Shown here: one piece after another, positions 8,832-18,681 of the stretch
Numbering within the stretch: the first letter of the stretch is position 1
How the letters are laid out: every line of letters starts with the position of its first letter
Assembly: GCA_964408825.1 (NCBI GenBank)
Contig: CAYPAU010000001.1
Span: 76,789-140,788, forward strand
Length of the DNA stretch: 64,000 nt
Direction: 5' to 3'
Origin: an uncultured Gammaproteobacteria bacterium
GTDB lineage: Bacteria > Patescibacteriota > Microgenomatia > Levybacterales > UBA12049
Program-made: the position numbers and the translations under genes
Notes under the pieces: generated by a model
Seen by the model: only the letters and a program-made list of their open reading frames with translations
The model's database searches: none
Told to the model about the DNA's origin: nothing

Positions 8832-10426
8832 AAGTTTCCCTAAAGAAGTTTAAAGCTTTTGTTTTAAATCCCAATTTAGTGATTATTGTTATTCTTGTTT
8901 TAGCCTCCTTTTTGAGACTATACAGAATACAGGATTACATGACCTTCCTTGGAGATGAGGGAAGAGATGTACTGGTTGTCTATAATATTCTCCATGGGAA
9001 TTTAACACTCCTTGGCCCGGCTGCTTCGGTAGGAGGTTTTTTCCTTGGTCCTATTTATTACTATTTTATGGTCCCCTTTCTGTGGATGTTTAATTACAAT
9101 CCTGTCGGACCGGCTATTATGGTAGCACTTTTTGGGGTCGCTACGGTTTATCTACTTTATAGATTTGCATCCGAGCTTTTCAATAAAAGAATAGGTCTTA
9201 TTGCAGCACTTTTATACTCAATTTCTCCTATCGTGATAGCATATTCTCGTTCTTCCTGGAATCCAAATCTAATGCCGTTTTTCTCACTTTCTTCCCTGTA
9301 TGTTTTATATAGAGCTGTAAAAATTAACAGCTGGAAGCTTTTTCTACTTTGCGGATTTCTTTTGGGAATTTCAATGCAGCTTCATTATCTTGCATTTTTC
9401 TTAGGTGCTGTTGTGGCTTCTTATATTTTAATAGTCGATCTTTTAGGAAAGTTTTATGCAGGGAAAAAGAGCTTGGATTTTGTTAAACAATACTTTCTGG
9501 TTTTCATAGGTTTTCTAATTGGTTTGTCTCCTTTTCTTGCATTTGAAGCAAGGCATGGTTTTCAAAATATAACAAGTATTTACGGTTTTGTATTTAAATC
9601 GGACGAGACCGGAGTCGGTCTTTCTTTCTTCTCAAGTGTTTATGATGTTTTCTTTAGGCTATTTGCGAGGCTTGTCGCAAATTTTCCGGCGTATGATCAA
9701 ATTGCGGCAGGACAACACTCAAATATAGCGCTATGGTATGTCTTGGCGTTTCTCCTGGGACTTAGCTCGCTTTCTATTTTGGTTTATAAATTTATTAAAA
9801 ATTTTCCTTATTCTAAAGAAAAGTACAAAAAAAACTATGGTGAATTCCTGAAAATTTACTTGCTATTTGCATGGCTTGGCGTTGGCATAATTCTCTTTGG
9901 GTTTTATAGAAAACCGATTTATGAGTATTATTTTGGTTTTATGTTTGTTTTACCCTTTATTCTTTCGGCCCACGCCTTAGATTTTCTTAATTCAAAAAAG
10001 ATTCTATTAAAAATAACTTCAGTTATAGCTTTTATCGCACTTCTTGCTGTTAATCTTTACGGCATGCCATTTAAATATGAGCCGAACAGACAATTAAAGC
10101 AGGTCAAAACCATTGCAGAGTTTGTTTTGAATAAAACAGAAAGTAGGCCGTTTAACTTTGCCTTGATTACCGGCGGGAATTCGGATCATGCCTACCGCTA
10201 TTTTTTCAAGCTAAGAAATCAGGATCCGGTAGCAATTGAGCCTCCGGTAACTGATCCCGCGAGAAAAACGGTTACTGACCAACTTTTGGTGGTTTGTGAA
10301 GGACCATGTCAACCTCTAGGAAACTCTCTTTGGGAAGTGGCAGGGTTTGGAAGAGCGGAAATCGCAGGCGAGTGGAACATCATTGTCGTAAAAGTATATA
10401 AACTGGTCCACTATAAGGAAAAGTAG
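8828..10426 (+). CDS. ArnT/PMT-family (GT-C, GT39/GT83-like) polytopic membrane glycosyltransferase
   Basis: 532 aa with many transmembrane helices and an N-terminal loop with a DE motif (FLGDEGRDVLV); directly downstream of the ArnC-like GT2. Confidence 0.6.
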   Translation: MKVSLKKFKAFVLNPNLVIIVILVLASFLRLYRIQDYMTFLGDEGRDVLVVYNILHGNLTLLGPAASVGGFFLGPIYYYFMVPFLWMFNYNPVGPAIMVALFGVATVYLLYRFASELFNKRIGLIAALLYSISPIVIAYSRSSWNPNLMPFFSLSSLYVLYRAVKINSWKLFLLCGFLLGISMQLHYLAFFLGAVVASYILIVDLLGKFYAGKKSLDFVKQYFLVFIGFLIGLSPFLAFEARHGFQNITSIYGFVFKSDETGVGLSFFSSVYDVFFRLFARLVANFPAYDQIAAGQHSNIALWYVLAFLLGLSSLSILVYKFIKNFPYSKEKYKKNYGEFLKIYLLFAWLGVGIILFGFYRKPIYEYYFGFMFVLPFILSAHALDFLNSKKILLKITSVIAFIALLAVNLYGMPFKYEPNRQLKQVKTIAEFVLNKTESRPFNFALITGGNSDHAYRYFFKLRNQDPVAIEPPVTDPARKTVTDQLLVVCEGPCQPLGNSLWEVAGFGRAEIAGEWNIIVVKVYKLVHYKEK

Positions 10427-10429
10427 GAT

Positions 10430-10822
10430 TTGTCTCGTCTCATGAAGATTTATATTGCTTCAAGAACAGCGCGCCGAGAAGAAGTAAAAAAAATAAACAA
10501 TCTTTTCAAGGATAAGGGATATGAAGTTCTTGATTGGACTTGGCATAAGTATATTAAGCCTTATTTTAAGAATAAAAAACTAGCCAAAGATTATGCCATT
10601 GAAGATATACAAAACATTAAGGAATCTGACATATTTATATTTCTTGCTGATAAAACTTTTGGAGCCGGTTCGACTACAGAGCTTGGGTCAGCCATTGCCT
10701 TTTTTGTAGAAAGAAAAAAGCCAAAGATCTACGTGGTTGGTGATAATTCAGCTAACTTATTTTATTACCACCCAGCTATAAATTATAGAAACTCAGTAGT
10801 TGAGATAATAGAAGAAATGTAA
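10430..10822 (+). CDS. Nucleoside 2-deoxyribosyltransferase-like (Rossmann-like) protein
   Basis: KIYIAS...DIFIFLADKTFGAGSTTELGSAIAF pattern typical of the NDT-like fold. Confidence 0.45.
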   Translation: MSRLMKIYIASRTARREEVKKINNLFKDKGYEVLDWTWHKYIKPYFKNKKLAKDYAIEDIQNIKESDIFIFLADKTFGAGSTTELGSAIAFFVERKKPKIYVVGDNSANLFYYHPAINYRNSVVEIIEEM

Positions 10823-10830
10823 TTTCAATA

Positions 10831-10870
10831 AAAAACCCCACTGAGCAGAAGGAGGGGTTTTTTATTTTTT
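10831..10870. terminator. Bidirectional rho-independent terminator between convergent genes
   Basis: AAAAAACCCC-loop-GGGGTTTTTTATTTTTT, with an A-run on one side and a T-run on the other. Confidence 0.6.
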
Positions 10871-10914
10871 TGTTCTTGAAGGTAAATTATTTTCCTTGCA
10901 AGGACCTTCAAGGA

Positions 10915-11058
10915 TTAAGACGAGCCAATCTTGTACATGCCGGTTCCACATACTGGGCATTTGCCCTTAAGAGCTGGTTTGCCGTTTTTCATTGTAACTT
11001 TTTGGGCATTCGGGTCATCTCTTTTGGCTCGGCATTTTACACAATACATTGTAGCCAT
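10915..11058 (-). CDS. Small CxxC...CxxC zinc-ribbon protein (47 aa)
   Basis: MATMYCVKCRAKR...GKCPVCGTGMYKI preceded by a strong RBS AGGAGGTGAT. The longer ORF-track version (to 11166) lacks an RBS. Confidence 0.55.
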   Translation of the reverse strand: MATMYCVKCRAKRDDPNAQKVTMKNGKPALKGKCPVCGTGMYKIGSS

Positions 11059-11075
11059 TTTTATATCACCTCCTT

Positions 11076-11372
11076 TCAATAGGAAATTCCAGGTAAAGTA
11101 ATAACATGGATTTTCAGCATTAGTAAAAGAAAAATCTGAAATGCGATAATCAGTGCTGTTACCCAAGCAGTTTTCGTAATATCTTTTATAAGATATGGGT
11201 AGTTACTTACGGTTATTTTAGGTTCCGCAAGTTGAGGTTCTAAAGTTGTGGTTTCAGTTTTAGTTTCTTTTAATTCTTCCCTTGCGGTATAAGAGTTTAA
11301 CTTAGTAGCATTAAGTCTGCGATGAAGGTCTGCTAGAACTTTTTCCCTGCGGGTTTTCCTTTTTTTATTCAT
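11076..11372 (-). CDS. Hypothetical small protein with a basic N-terminus and a C-terminal transmembrane helix
   Basis: 98-aa ORF placed 17 nt upstream of the zinc-ribbon gene on the same strand. Confidence 0.4.
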   Translation of the reverse strand: MNKKRKTRREKVLADLHRRLNATKLNSYTAREELKETKTETTTLEPQLAEPKITVSNYPYLIKDITKTAWVTALIIAFQIFLLLMLKIHVITLPGISY

Positions 11373-11435
11373 GTTTTCCGCGATAGAGCCTAGATTACAC
11401 TATTGACATCGTGCCTGTCAAGAGGCTAATATAGA

Positions 11436-11909
11436 TTGATACACATGTTATCGAATTTACCCCTTCTTCTGGCCGGCTTTCTGTTTATCTGGGTATTTAT
11501 CCTTACGTTCTTTTTTTGGCAAATGTATGCTCATTACAATAGATTAGTAAAAGGAGCAAATAACAAGAGTCTTAAATCGATTCTTGAAGAAATTATTGAA
11601 AGAATGGATGAATATAAAAAGAATATTAAGGCCCTCGAGGATTATTGTGACAATTTAAATAAGGAAGAGCTTCTTCACATAAAAAAAATAGGACTTCATA
11701 GATTCAATCCTTTTAAAGATACTGGAGGAGATCAAAGTTTTACACTTTCTCTCGTTGACTCAAGCGATACCGGAGTGGTAATTTCGGCCCTGTATTCACG
11801 TTCGGGAACCCGCTGGTACGCAAAAAAGATAGTAAACGGTAAGGGGGTAGAAATAGAACTTTCAGAAGAAGAGAAAAAGGCTCTTAAGTTAGGGAATAAA
11901 GAAAATTAA
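11436..11909 (+). CDS. DUF4446 family protein
   Basis: N-terminal transmembrane helix plus GLHRFNPFKDTGGDQSFTLSLVD...ALYSRSGTRWYAK. A TTGACA-17-TAATAT promoter lies upstream. Confidence 0.55.
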   Translation: MIHMLSNLPLLLAGFLFIWVFILTFFFWQMYAHYNRLVKGANNKSLKSILEEIIERMDEYKKNIKALEDYCDNLNKEELLHIKKIGLHRFNPFKDTGGDQSFTLSLVDSSDTGVVISALYSRSGTRWYAKKIVNGKGVEIELSEEEKKALKLGNKEN

Positions 11910-11910
11910 T

Positions 11911-13089
11911 ATGAATAGAAGGAATTTATTAACACTAGGTCTTATTATTTTGATTTATGTTCTCTCGGCAGGAGTTTCCTACAAGATTTTATCAAGCGTC
12001 AATGTTCCGGACTTTTCAAAACCGGTATCACCTCCAAAACCCGGGGAGGGTGGACGTCTTGTTTTTGATCCAAATCTTCCAAGAACTCAAGAGTGCCCCT
12101 TAAATGGTGCAAAGTATTCAAAACAACAAGAGCAGTGGTTTAGAAAACATAGACCCCTCGGAGTTATGATCGAAAATCATCAAGAAGCAAGACCACAATC
12201 AGGCCTTTCTTTTGCAGATGTAATATACGAAGCAGTTGCCGAGGGCGGGATAACGCGATTTTTGGCAGTTTACCTTTGTCAAGACCCGGGTACAATAGGG
12301 CCTGTAAGGTCTGCAAGGACCTATTTTATAGATTTTCTGTCTGAGTATGGAGAATACCCGTTATATGCGCATGTGGGAGGAGCTAATCAACAGGGACAGG
12401 CAGATGCAATATCTCAACTCTCAACCTATAAATGGGCCGCATATAATGATCTAAATCAGTTTTCAATAGGTTTCCTTGTATTTTGGAGAGATTACGAAAG
12501 ACTGGGACGCACCGTAGCAACAGAGCACACCATGTATTCTTCCGCAGAGAAACTGTGGGAGTACGCTTCGGAGGAAAGAAAACTTACAAATGAGGATGAA
12601 GATGGGAATTCTTGGGACGAGAATTTTACTCCCTATACTTTTAAAGAAGATGAGGATGTTTCAAAAAGAGGAAAATCCCAAGCAATACATCTTCAGTTTT
12701 GGGATTCACAGCCCGACTATTTTGTTGACTGGAAGTATGATCCAACAACAAATCTATATAGAAGAAATAACGGGAAAAATGGGGACCAGCCGCAATTGGA
12801 TAAGAATACCAATAAACAGTTGACTTCGAAGAATATTGTAGTATTATACATGCAGGAAAGAAATGCAAATGATGGTTACGAAAATAATATCCATTTGCTG
12901 TACAGGACTAGGGGAAGCGGTAAGGCTCAGATATTCATGGATGGAAAGGAAATAAAAGGAACATGGAGGAAAGACAACAGAGCATCAAAAATTAAACTTT
13001 TTGATAGCAGTGGTTCTGAAGTTGAGTTTAACAGAGGTACTTTATGGTTTGAAATTCTGCCCACAGATGGAGTAGTAACTGTAAAATAA
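11911..13089 (+). CDS. DUF3048 domain protein (YerB-like lipoprotein)
   Basis: RPLGVMIENHQEARPQSGLSFADVIYEAVAEGGITRFLAVY is the hallmark N-domain motif. Confidence 0.6.
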   Translation: MNRRNLLTLGLIILIYVLSAGVSYKILSSVNVPDFSKPVSPPKPGEGGRLVFDPNLPRTQECPLNGAKYSKQQEQWFRKHRPLGVMIENHQEARPQSGLSFADVIYEAVAEGGITRFLAVYLCQDPGTIGPVRSARTYFIDFLSEYGEYPLYAHVGGANQQGQADAISQLSTYKWAAYNDLNQFSIGFLVFWRDYERLGRTVATEHTMYSSAEKLWEYASEERKLTNEDEDGNSWDENFTPYTFKEDEDVSKRGKSQAIHLQFWDSQPDYFVDWKYDPTTNLYRRNNGKNGDQPQLDKNTNKQLTSKNIVVLYMQERNANDGYENNIHLLYRTRGSGKAQIFMDGKEIKGTWRKDNRASKIKLFDSSGSEVEFNRGTLWFEILPTDGVVTVK

Positions 13090-13108
13090 TTCTATCCAAG
13101 GGCGGCCT

Positions 13109-13684
13109 ATGTTGTCAGATCTTATTACATCAAAATCTAGAATAAAACTTCTGAATGTATTCTTTTCTAGTCCTTCCGACATGTTTCATGTAAGAGAGCT
13201 TGTCAGAAGAACGGGGGATGAGATAAATGCCGTAAGACGTGAACTCCTTTTCCTAGAAAAAAAAGGTATTCTCTCCAAAGAACCAAGGGCAAATAGAGTA
13301 TATTATTTCCTCTCTAAAAATTACCCATTTTATTTTGATCTTCTTAGACTGGGGATTAAAACGGTCGGGCTTGGTGAAGGAATTATGGAAAATAGAGCAA
13401 AATTGGGAAAAATAAGATACGCCATGTTTTCAGGAAAGTTTGCGCGAAGAATGAAACTTGATCCCGACGAGATTAATCTTCTCATAGTAGGCACTATTGT
13501 TCTTCCTGAGTTGACCCTTCTTGTAAGGGCAGAGGAAAAAAGACTGAATGCTGAAATAAACTATACGGTAATGTCTGAGGAAGAGTTTGATTTCAGAAAA
13601 AAAAGAAGGGATCCATTTATAACTTCTATCCTTTCAGGATCCCGGGTTATGTTAATAGGTGATGAGGAAACGATGCTCCAATGA
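13109..13684 (+). CDS. Winged-helix DNA-binding domain protein (putative regulator)
   Basis: N-terminal wHTH-like segment (HVRELVRRTGDEINAVRRELLFLEKKGIL); its stop overlaps the secD start. Confidence 0.4.
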   Translation: MLSDLITSKSRIKLLNVFFSSPSDMFHVRELVRRTGDEINAVRRELLFLEKKGILSKEPRANRVYYFLSKNYPFYFDLLRLGIKTVGLGEGIMENRAKLGKIRYAMFSGKFARRMKLDPDEINLLIVGTIVLPELTLLVRAEEKRLNAEINYTVMSEEEFDFRKKRRDPFITSILSGSRVMLIGDEETMLQ

Positions 13685-15036
13685 AAAAATCTCCGCGGCT
13701 TACCTTTTGGTTAATTATTCTGATAATGCTCGCATCTCTTTTTATAAACCTTCCAAAGCTAGATAATGTAAGTGTCGGTCCCCTCAGAAATGTAAGTTTT
13801 GACCCGTCGAAAATTCTAAAACCTTTAAGACTTTCTCGCGAGTTTGCATTCAGAAGGGGCTTGGATCTTGAAGGGGGGACATCAATTACCTTCAGGGCGG
13901 ATGTGAGAGATATTCCGGCAAGTCAACGAAGCGATGCCCTAAATTCTGCAAAAACCGTTATTGAAAAAAGAATAAATTTGTTTGGAGTGTCAGAGCCCAT
14001 AATTCAGACGGCTGCGGTAAACCAAGATTCAAGGATAATCGTGGAACTACCGGGAGTTACCGATATTGAACAGGCAATAAATTTGATAGGCGCTACAGCC
14101 CAATTGACCTTTTGGGAACAGGGAGCAACTCAATCGGCAAAACAAGCGTCCCCTTCGGCATACCCATTGGGCATAACCCAAATCTTAGGAGAAAATGCTG
14201 TTAAAACCCCTCTTTCCGGTAGTGATCTTGAAAGAGCAGATGTTACATTTGACCAAACAACGGGAGCTCCTCAGGTTCAATTGCGTTTCTCTCCGGAAGG
14301 AACAAAAAAGTTTGCAGATATAACCAAAAGAAACGTAAATAAAATAGTGGCAATAGTCTTGGATAATCAAGTTATTGAGGCACCCGTTGTGAATCAACCG
14401 ATCCTATCGGGAGACGCTGTAATTACCGGCAAATTTACGGTTGAGAATGCGAAACTTCTCTCAACTCAGCTAAATGCAGGTGCTCTTCCCGTTCCACTTT
14501 CTGTTTTGGAACAGCGAGTGATTGGTCCGACACTCGGGGCTGTCTCTCTTGCAAAAAGTCTTTTTGCAGGGATAATCGGATTTTTAATAATAGTTGTTTT
14601 TATGAGTATTATTTACAAAAAGTTCGGAGTTATTGCAAGCTGTGCCCTTGTAATCTATGTGCTTATTAATCTTGCGATCTTTAAAATCAGTAATATTACG
14701 CCGTACGGAATTACCCTTACTCTTTCTGGAATTGCAGGATTTATCCTCTCCGTCGGAATGGCGGTTGATGCAAACATATTGATTTTCGAGAGGATAAAAG
14801 AAGAACTAAGAGGAGGGAGAAGACAGGAGATAGCAATTGAGGTCGGTTTTGCAAGAGCTTGGTCCTCTATCAGGGATTCCAATATATCTACCCTAATAAC
14901 GAGTGCTATTTTATATCAATTCGGTACGGGTGTCGTAAAAGGTTTTGCATTGATTTTGGCAATTGGAGTCCTGGTATCTATGTTCTCGGCGATAATAGTA
15001 ACTCGTACATTTTTAAGATTTGTATATGAAAAATAA
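13681..15036 (+). CDS. secD: Protein translocase subunit SecD
   Basis: N-terminal transmembrane helix, periplasmic domain, and C-terminal SecD/F transmembrane bundle; followed by secF. Confidence 0.85.
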   Translation: MKKSPRLTFWLIILIMLASLFINLPKLDNVSVGPLRNVSFDPSKILKPLRLSREFAFRRGLDLEGGTSITFRADVRDIPASQRSDALNSAKTVIEKRINLFGVSEPIIQTAAVNQDSRIIVELPGVTDIEQAINLIGATAQLTFWEQGATQSAKQASPSAYPLGITQILGENAVKTPLSGSDLERADVTFDQTTGAPQVQLRFSPEGTKKFADITKRNVNKIVAIVLDNQVIEAPVVNQPILSGDAVITGKFTVENAKLLSTQLNAGALPVPLSVLEQRVIGPTLGAVSLAKSLFAGIIGFLIIVVFMSIIYKKFGVIASCALVIYVLINLAIFKISNITPYGITLTLSGIAGFILSVGMAVDANILIFERIKEELRGGRRQEIAIEVGFARAWSSIRDSNISTLITSAILYQFGTGVVKGFALILAIGVLVSMFSAIIVTRTFLRFVYEK

Positions 15037-15949
15037 AATTATAAACCTTGATGTTATAGGAAGAAGAAATATTTATTTTGCCATATCTCTTGCTATTTTA
15101 ATTCCGGGGCTTGTAGCGCTCTTTTTGTTTGGGCTTAATCTTTCTATTGATTTTACGGGAGGTTCAAGACTTTTGGTTGAGTTTAAAGATAAAGCCGAGG
15201 ATAAGAGTATTCATAAGGTAAGGACAATTTTGGAGGCTAAGGGTATTAAAGTCTATACTTTGGAGAAATCCGGCAAGTCGATTTTGGTGCGGACAAGACC
15301 AATGGATCAGAAAGAAAATACAGAATTTCAAAACGAGCTTAAAAAACAGATAAAAGATGCCAATCAGACAGGCTTTGAGACGATTGGTCCAACGATCGGA
15401 AAAGAAACAACAATAAACGCCATAAAAGCCGTAATAGCGGCATCAATACTTATAGTTTTGTATATAGCATGGTCTTTTAGGAAGGTTCCCAAACCTGCGA
15501 GCGGTTTAAGATTTGGCGTAAGCGCAATAATTGCTCTTATTCATGATGTTTTAGTGGTTGTGGGAATTTTTGCAATTTTGGGAAAAGTGTTCGGTGTTGA
15601 AATAGATTCGCTTTTTGTAACAGCCCTTCTTACTGTTATTGGATTTTCTGTTCACGATACGGTTGTGGTTTTTGACAGGATAAGAGAAAATTTAAGGCGA
15701 GAAAGTGTATCTTTCCCGCAAATCGTAAATGATTCAATACTTCAGACACTCGATAGGTCTTTAAATACTTCGCTTACTGTTATCCTAGTTCTTATGGCGC
15801 TTCTAATTTTCGGAGGAGAGACAATTAGATGGTTTGTGGTTGCGCTTCTTATCGGAATAATCTCAGGAACCTATTCTTCAATCTTCAACGCCTCCCCGAT
15901 TCTCGTCGTCTGGCAGGAATGGGTTGATAAAAGAAAAAAGAAAAGCTAA
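15020..15949 (+). CDS. secF: Protein translocase subunit SecF
   Basis: SecF-type six-transmembrane protein directly after secD. Confidence 0.85.
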   Translation: MYMKNKIINLDVIGRRNIYFAISLAILIPGLVALFLFGLNLSIDFTGGSRLLVEFKDKAEDKSIHKVRTILEAKGIKVYTLEKSGKSILVRTRPMDQKENTEFQNELKKQIKDANQTGFETIGPTIGKETTINAIKAVIAASILIVLYIAWSFRKVPKPASGLRFGVSAIIALIHDVLVVVGIFAILGKVFGVEIDSLFVTALLTVIGFSVHDTVVVFDRIRENLRRESVSFPQIVNDSILQTLDRSLNTSLTVILVLMALLIFGGETIRWFVVALLIGIISGTYSSIFNASPILVVWQEWVDKRKKKS

Positions 15950-15958
15950 GATATAAAT

Positions 15959-16336
15959 ATGGAAGCTCCTGTTAAATCCGAACAAAAAAGAAGAATATCA
16001 ATTCCGCTTCATGAAGTCGACCCTGGTGAAATAGCAAGATCATTAAAAGACTGGGAATTTTACGGAGGAGGGTCACACCCTAATAGAGACTGGAATTTTA
16101 AGCTAAACCAAATGACTGAAATCCTCCAATTGCGAATACAAGAAAAATTTGATCCAAGAGATGAGGAAAAATGGTCATTCTTTTTACTAGATTTCAAAAG
16201 TAGAGATCGAAAGAAAGCTTATATATTAGAGGATTTTACGGGATTAGTTGTTGAGAAAGTAAGTCTATTTGAAGACGAAGTAACATTTACACGCGGGAAT
16301 AACATGGATAAGGACTATACCAGTGTTAGAGTTTGA
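15959..16336 (+). CDS. Hypothetical protein
   Basis: 125-aa ORF; no recognisable motif. Confidence 0.35.
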   Translation: MEAPVKSEQKRRISIPLHEVDPGEIARSLKDWEFYGGGSHPNRDWNFKLNQMTEILQLRIQEKFDPRDEEKWSFFLLDFKSRDRKKAYILEDFTGLVVEKVSLFEDEVTFTRGNNMDKDYTSVRV

Positions 16337-16456
16337 AATGACGGCGAACTCGTAATTGTAATAGATGGAATAAATTTAGGGCATGCCCTTCTTAGCAGGA
16401 ACCCCAGAGAACCAGAACCATATTGGAAAAAAAGAAAGAGAGAAGAAGCAGAAGAA

Positions 16457-16948
16457 TTAAGAAGACGGCAAGACTAAAGAGTCTTTAACTATTTTACTTA
16501 CCAAATTTCCATCGGCGCGGCCTTTTAGTTTTGGCATTAAAGCACCCATGACTCTTCCCATATCTTGTATTGTACTTGCTCCCGTCTCTGAAATTGTTTC
16601 TTCGATAAGTTTTTTTATTTCATCTTCGCTCATTTGCTCGGGTAAATATTTTTGGAGAATTTCAAGTTCCTTTGTTTCCTTATCCACCAGTTCCTGTCGT
16701 CCTGCCTTTCTGAATTCCTCAATTGAATCCTGCCTCTGTTTTGCCTCTTTCTCTATTACAGATAAAACATCTTTCTCATCCGCCTCATAACCTGCACCGC
16801 CCGCCTTGACTTGCGTACGGCGAGGCAGGCCTTTTTGAATCTCATAATAATTTATTGCTGATAAAAGAAGACGAAGAACAGAAGTTTTTAGCTCATCCCT
16901 TGCCAGCATCGATTGTTTGAGTTCTTCTTGTAAGTTTTTCTTTGTCAT
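16457..16948 (-). CDS. GatB/YqeY domain protein
   Basis: Typical YqeY start LKQSMLARDELKTSVLRLLLSAI and C-terminal KGRADGNLVSKIVKDSL. Confidence 0.8.
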   Translation of the reverse strand: MTKKNLQEELKQSMLARDELKTSVLRLLLSAINYYEIQKGLPRRTQVKAGGAGYEADEKDVLSVIEKEAKQRQDSIEEFRKAGRQELVDKETKELEILQKYLPEQMSEDEIKKLIEETISETGASTIQDMGRVMGALMPKLKGRADGNLVSKIVKDSLVLPSS

Positions 16949-16949
16949 A

Positions 16950-17738
16950 CTAAGACAGATTTCCCATTCCCAGTTGTTTACTTTTGTTAAACATATAAAT
17001 AAAGAACGACGTTGATATTATAAGATAAATTATATTCAATGCAAAGCTTAAAACAATCATGTTAGCCTGAATTTCTCCTTTGAAGAGAAAGCTTCTCATT
17101 TGTTCAAAGATGTAGCTTGAAGGGACAACTTTGGCAATCTCTTGCGCCCAAGATGGTAAGACGTCAACAGGATAAAATGCTGCCGAAAAAGGCGATAAAA
17201 CCGCAGCTCCGGCCCACGCCAATGTTTGAATTCTGGTTCCAAATCTTATAATAAAACCGGCAATAAGAAAGCCGAATGCCCAACCGGTCATAAGAAGACT
17301 TAGGCAAAAAACAATCAGGTAGAATCCAAAATCAAATATGTTATATCCGTAAAGGAAATACGATAAGGTTGCAGAAAAAGAAACACTGATAATTGTTTTT
17401 ATGAATCCGAAAATTAAGAAAGAAATTATCCATTCCTGAACCTTCAGGGGGGACACAAACAAATTTACAAGATTTCTGTCCCAAAACTCTGCGAGAATAT
17501 TTAGATTTATTTCATACTGAGCCCTCCAGATAACTATCCAAAAAACAAGTCCTGTAAGAATAATCGGGACCGACTGAATTGAGTTAGAACTTCTTTTGGC
17601 AAAATATAATCCAACCAGCCCCCAGATGAATAAATCTAAAGCAGGCCAATAAAACAGATCTGTTAGTCTGTCGTAGTTATGTGTTAGATTAAGCCAGTAC
17701 CTGTAGATTATGGCCTTGATACGGTTAAGATTTATCAT
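16950..17738 (-). CDS. ABC-2 type transporter permease
   Basis: 262-aa six-transmembrane protein overlapping the ABC ATPase gene. Confidence 0.7.
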   Translation of the reverse strand: MINLNRIKAIIYRYWLNLTHNYDRLTDLFYWPALDLFIWGLVGLYFAKRSSNSIQSVPIILTGLVFWIVIWRAQYEINLNILAEFWDRNLVNLFVSPLKVQEWIISFLIFGFIKTIISVSFSATLSYFLYGYNIFDFGFYLIVFCLSLLMTGWAFGFLIAGFIIRFGTRIQTLAWAGAAVLSPFSAAFYPVDVLPSWAQEIAKVVPSSYIFEQMRSFLFKGEIQANMIVLSFALNIIYLIISTSFFIYMFNKSKQLGMGNLS

Positions 17739-18675
17739 CGTGCACTACCTCCAAAAAGAAATCTTCAAGGCTCGGTTTATCTATGCTAATTTCCTCATAT
17801 TGGATCTTATGTTCTGACAGTTTATTGAGCAAATCAACAATATTCTTTTCTTTTAAAATGATTCTGAAGCGGAACTTTTTTTCTATAAACTTATAATTAG
17901 TAGATTTTAATAAACTAACCGCCTTACCATAGTCATCTTTAATGAGTAGTTCAACAGTGCTCTCCTTAATTGATCTTGCAAGATTTTCAGGGGTATCCTC
18001 TGCGATAATTTTTCCATGATTTATAACGATTATTCTATCGCACATTTCCTCAACCTCGCTCATATTGTGGGAAGTTAATAAAATACTTACGTCATATTCC
18101 TCTCTTTCCTTCTTAAGAAACTCCCTTATTCTTACAGATATCTCAGGATCTAAGCTTGCTGTAGGCTCATCTAAAAGAATAATTCTTGGATAGTTTAAGA
18201 ATGACTTTGCAAGTAGAAGCCGTGTTGATTCCCCTGCCGAAAGCATATAATACTTTCTGCCCGATAAAAAATTAAGGTCAAATGCTTTAAGTAATTTGTC
18301 AATTCGCTTTATGTCCTTGATTTCATAAAGACCTGCAAAAACTTTCATAATCTCAAATACGGTAAATTGCCATGGAAAACTAATATAAGTAGACGAAAAA
18401 TTTATTTGTTTTAAAATTTCCTCCCTGTTCTTGCTTAAAGATTTTCCAAAATAATTTATATTTCCGCTTGTTGGCTCCATGATACCTAAAAGCATCTGCA
18501 TAGTTGTTGTTTTACCTGCGCCGTTGGGTCCTAAAAATCCCAGTATTTCACCTTCATTTAAAGAAAATGAAATATTATCGACTGCAATAAACTCACCAAA
18601 TTTTTTGGTAAGATTTTTAACCTCTAGGATTTTATTCATAAGAATTATTGTACAGCTTTGGGGATTTAAGGGCAA
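17725..18675 (-). CDS. ABC transporter ATP-binding protein
   Basis: Walker A GPNGAGKTTT, signature LSAGESTRL, Walker B ILLDEPT. Confidence 0.85.
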   Translation of the reverse strand: MPLNPQSCTIILMNKILEVKNLTKKFGEFIAVDNISFSLNEGEILGFLGPNGAGKTTTMQMLLGIMEPTSGNINYFGKSLSKNREEILKQINFSSTYISFPWQFTVFEIMKVFAGLYEIKDIKRIDKLLKAFDLNFLSGRKYYMLSAGESTRLLLAKSFLNYPRIILLDEPTASLDPEISVRIREFLKKEREEYDVSILLTSHNMSEVEEMCDRIIVINHGKIIAEDTPENLARSIKESTVELLIKDDYGKAVSLLKSTNYKFIEKKFRFRIILKEKNIVDLLNKLSEHKIQYEEISIDKPSLEDFFLEVVHDDKS

Positions 18676-18681
18676 TTGCGG

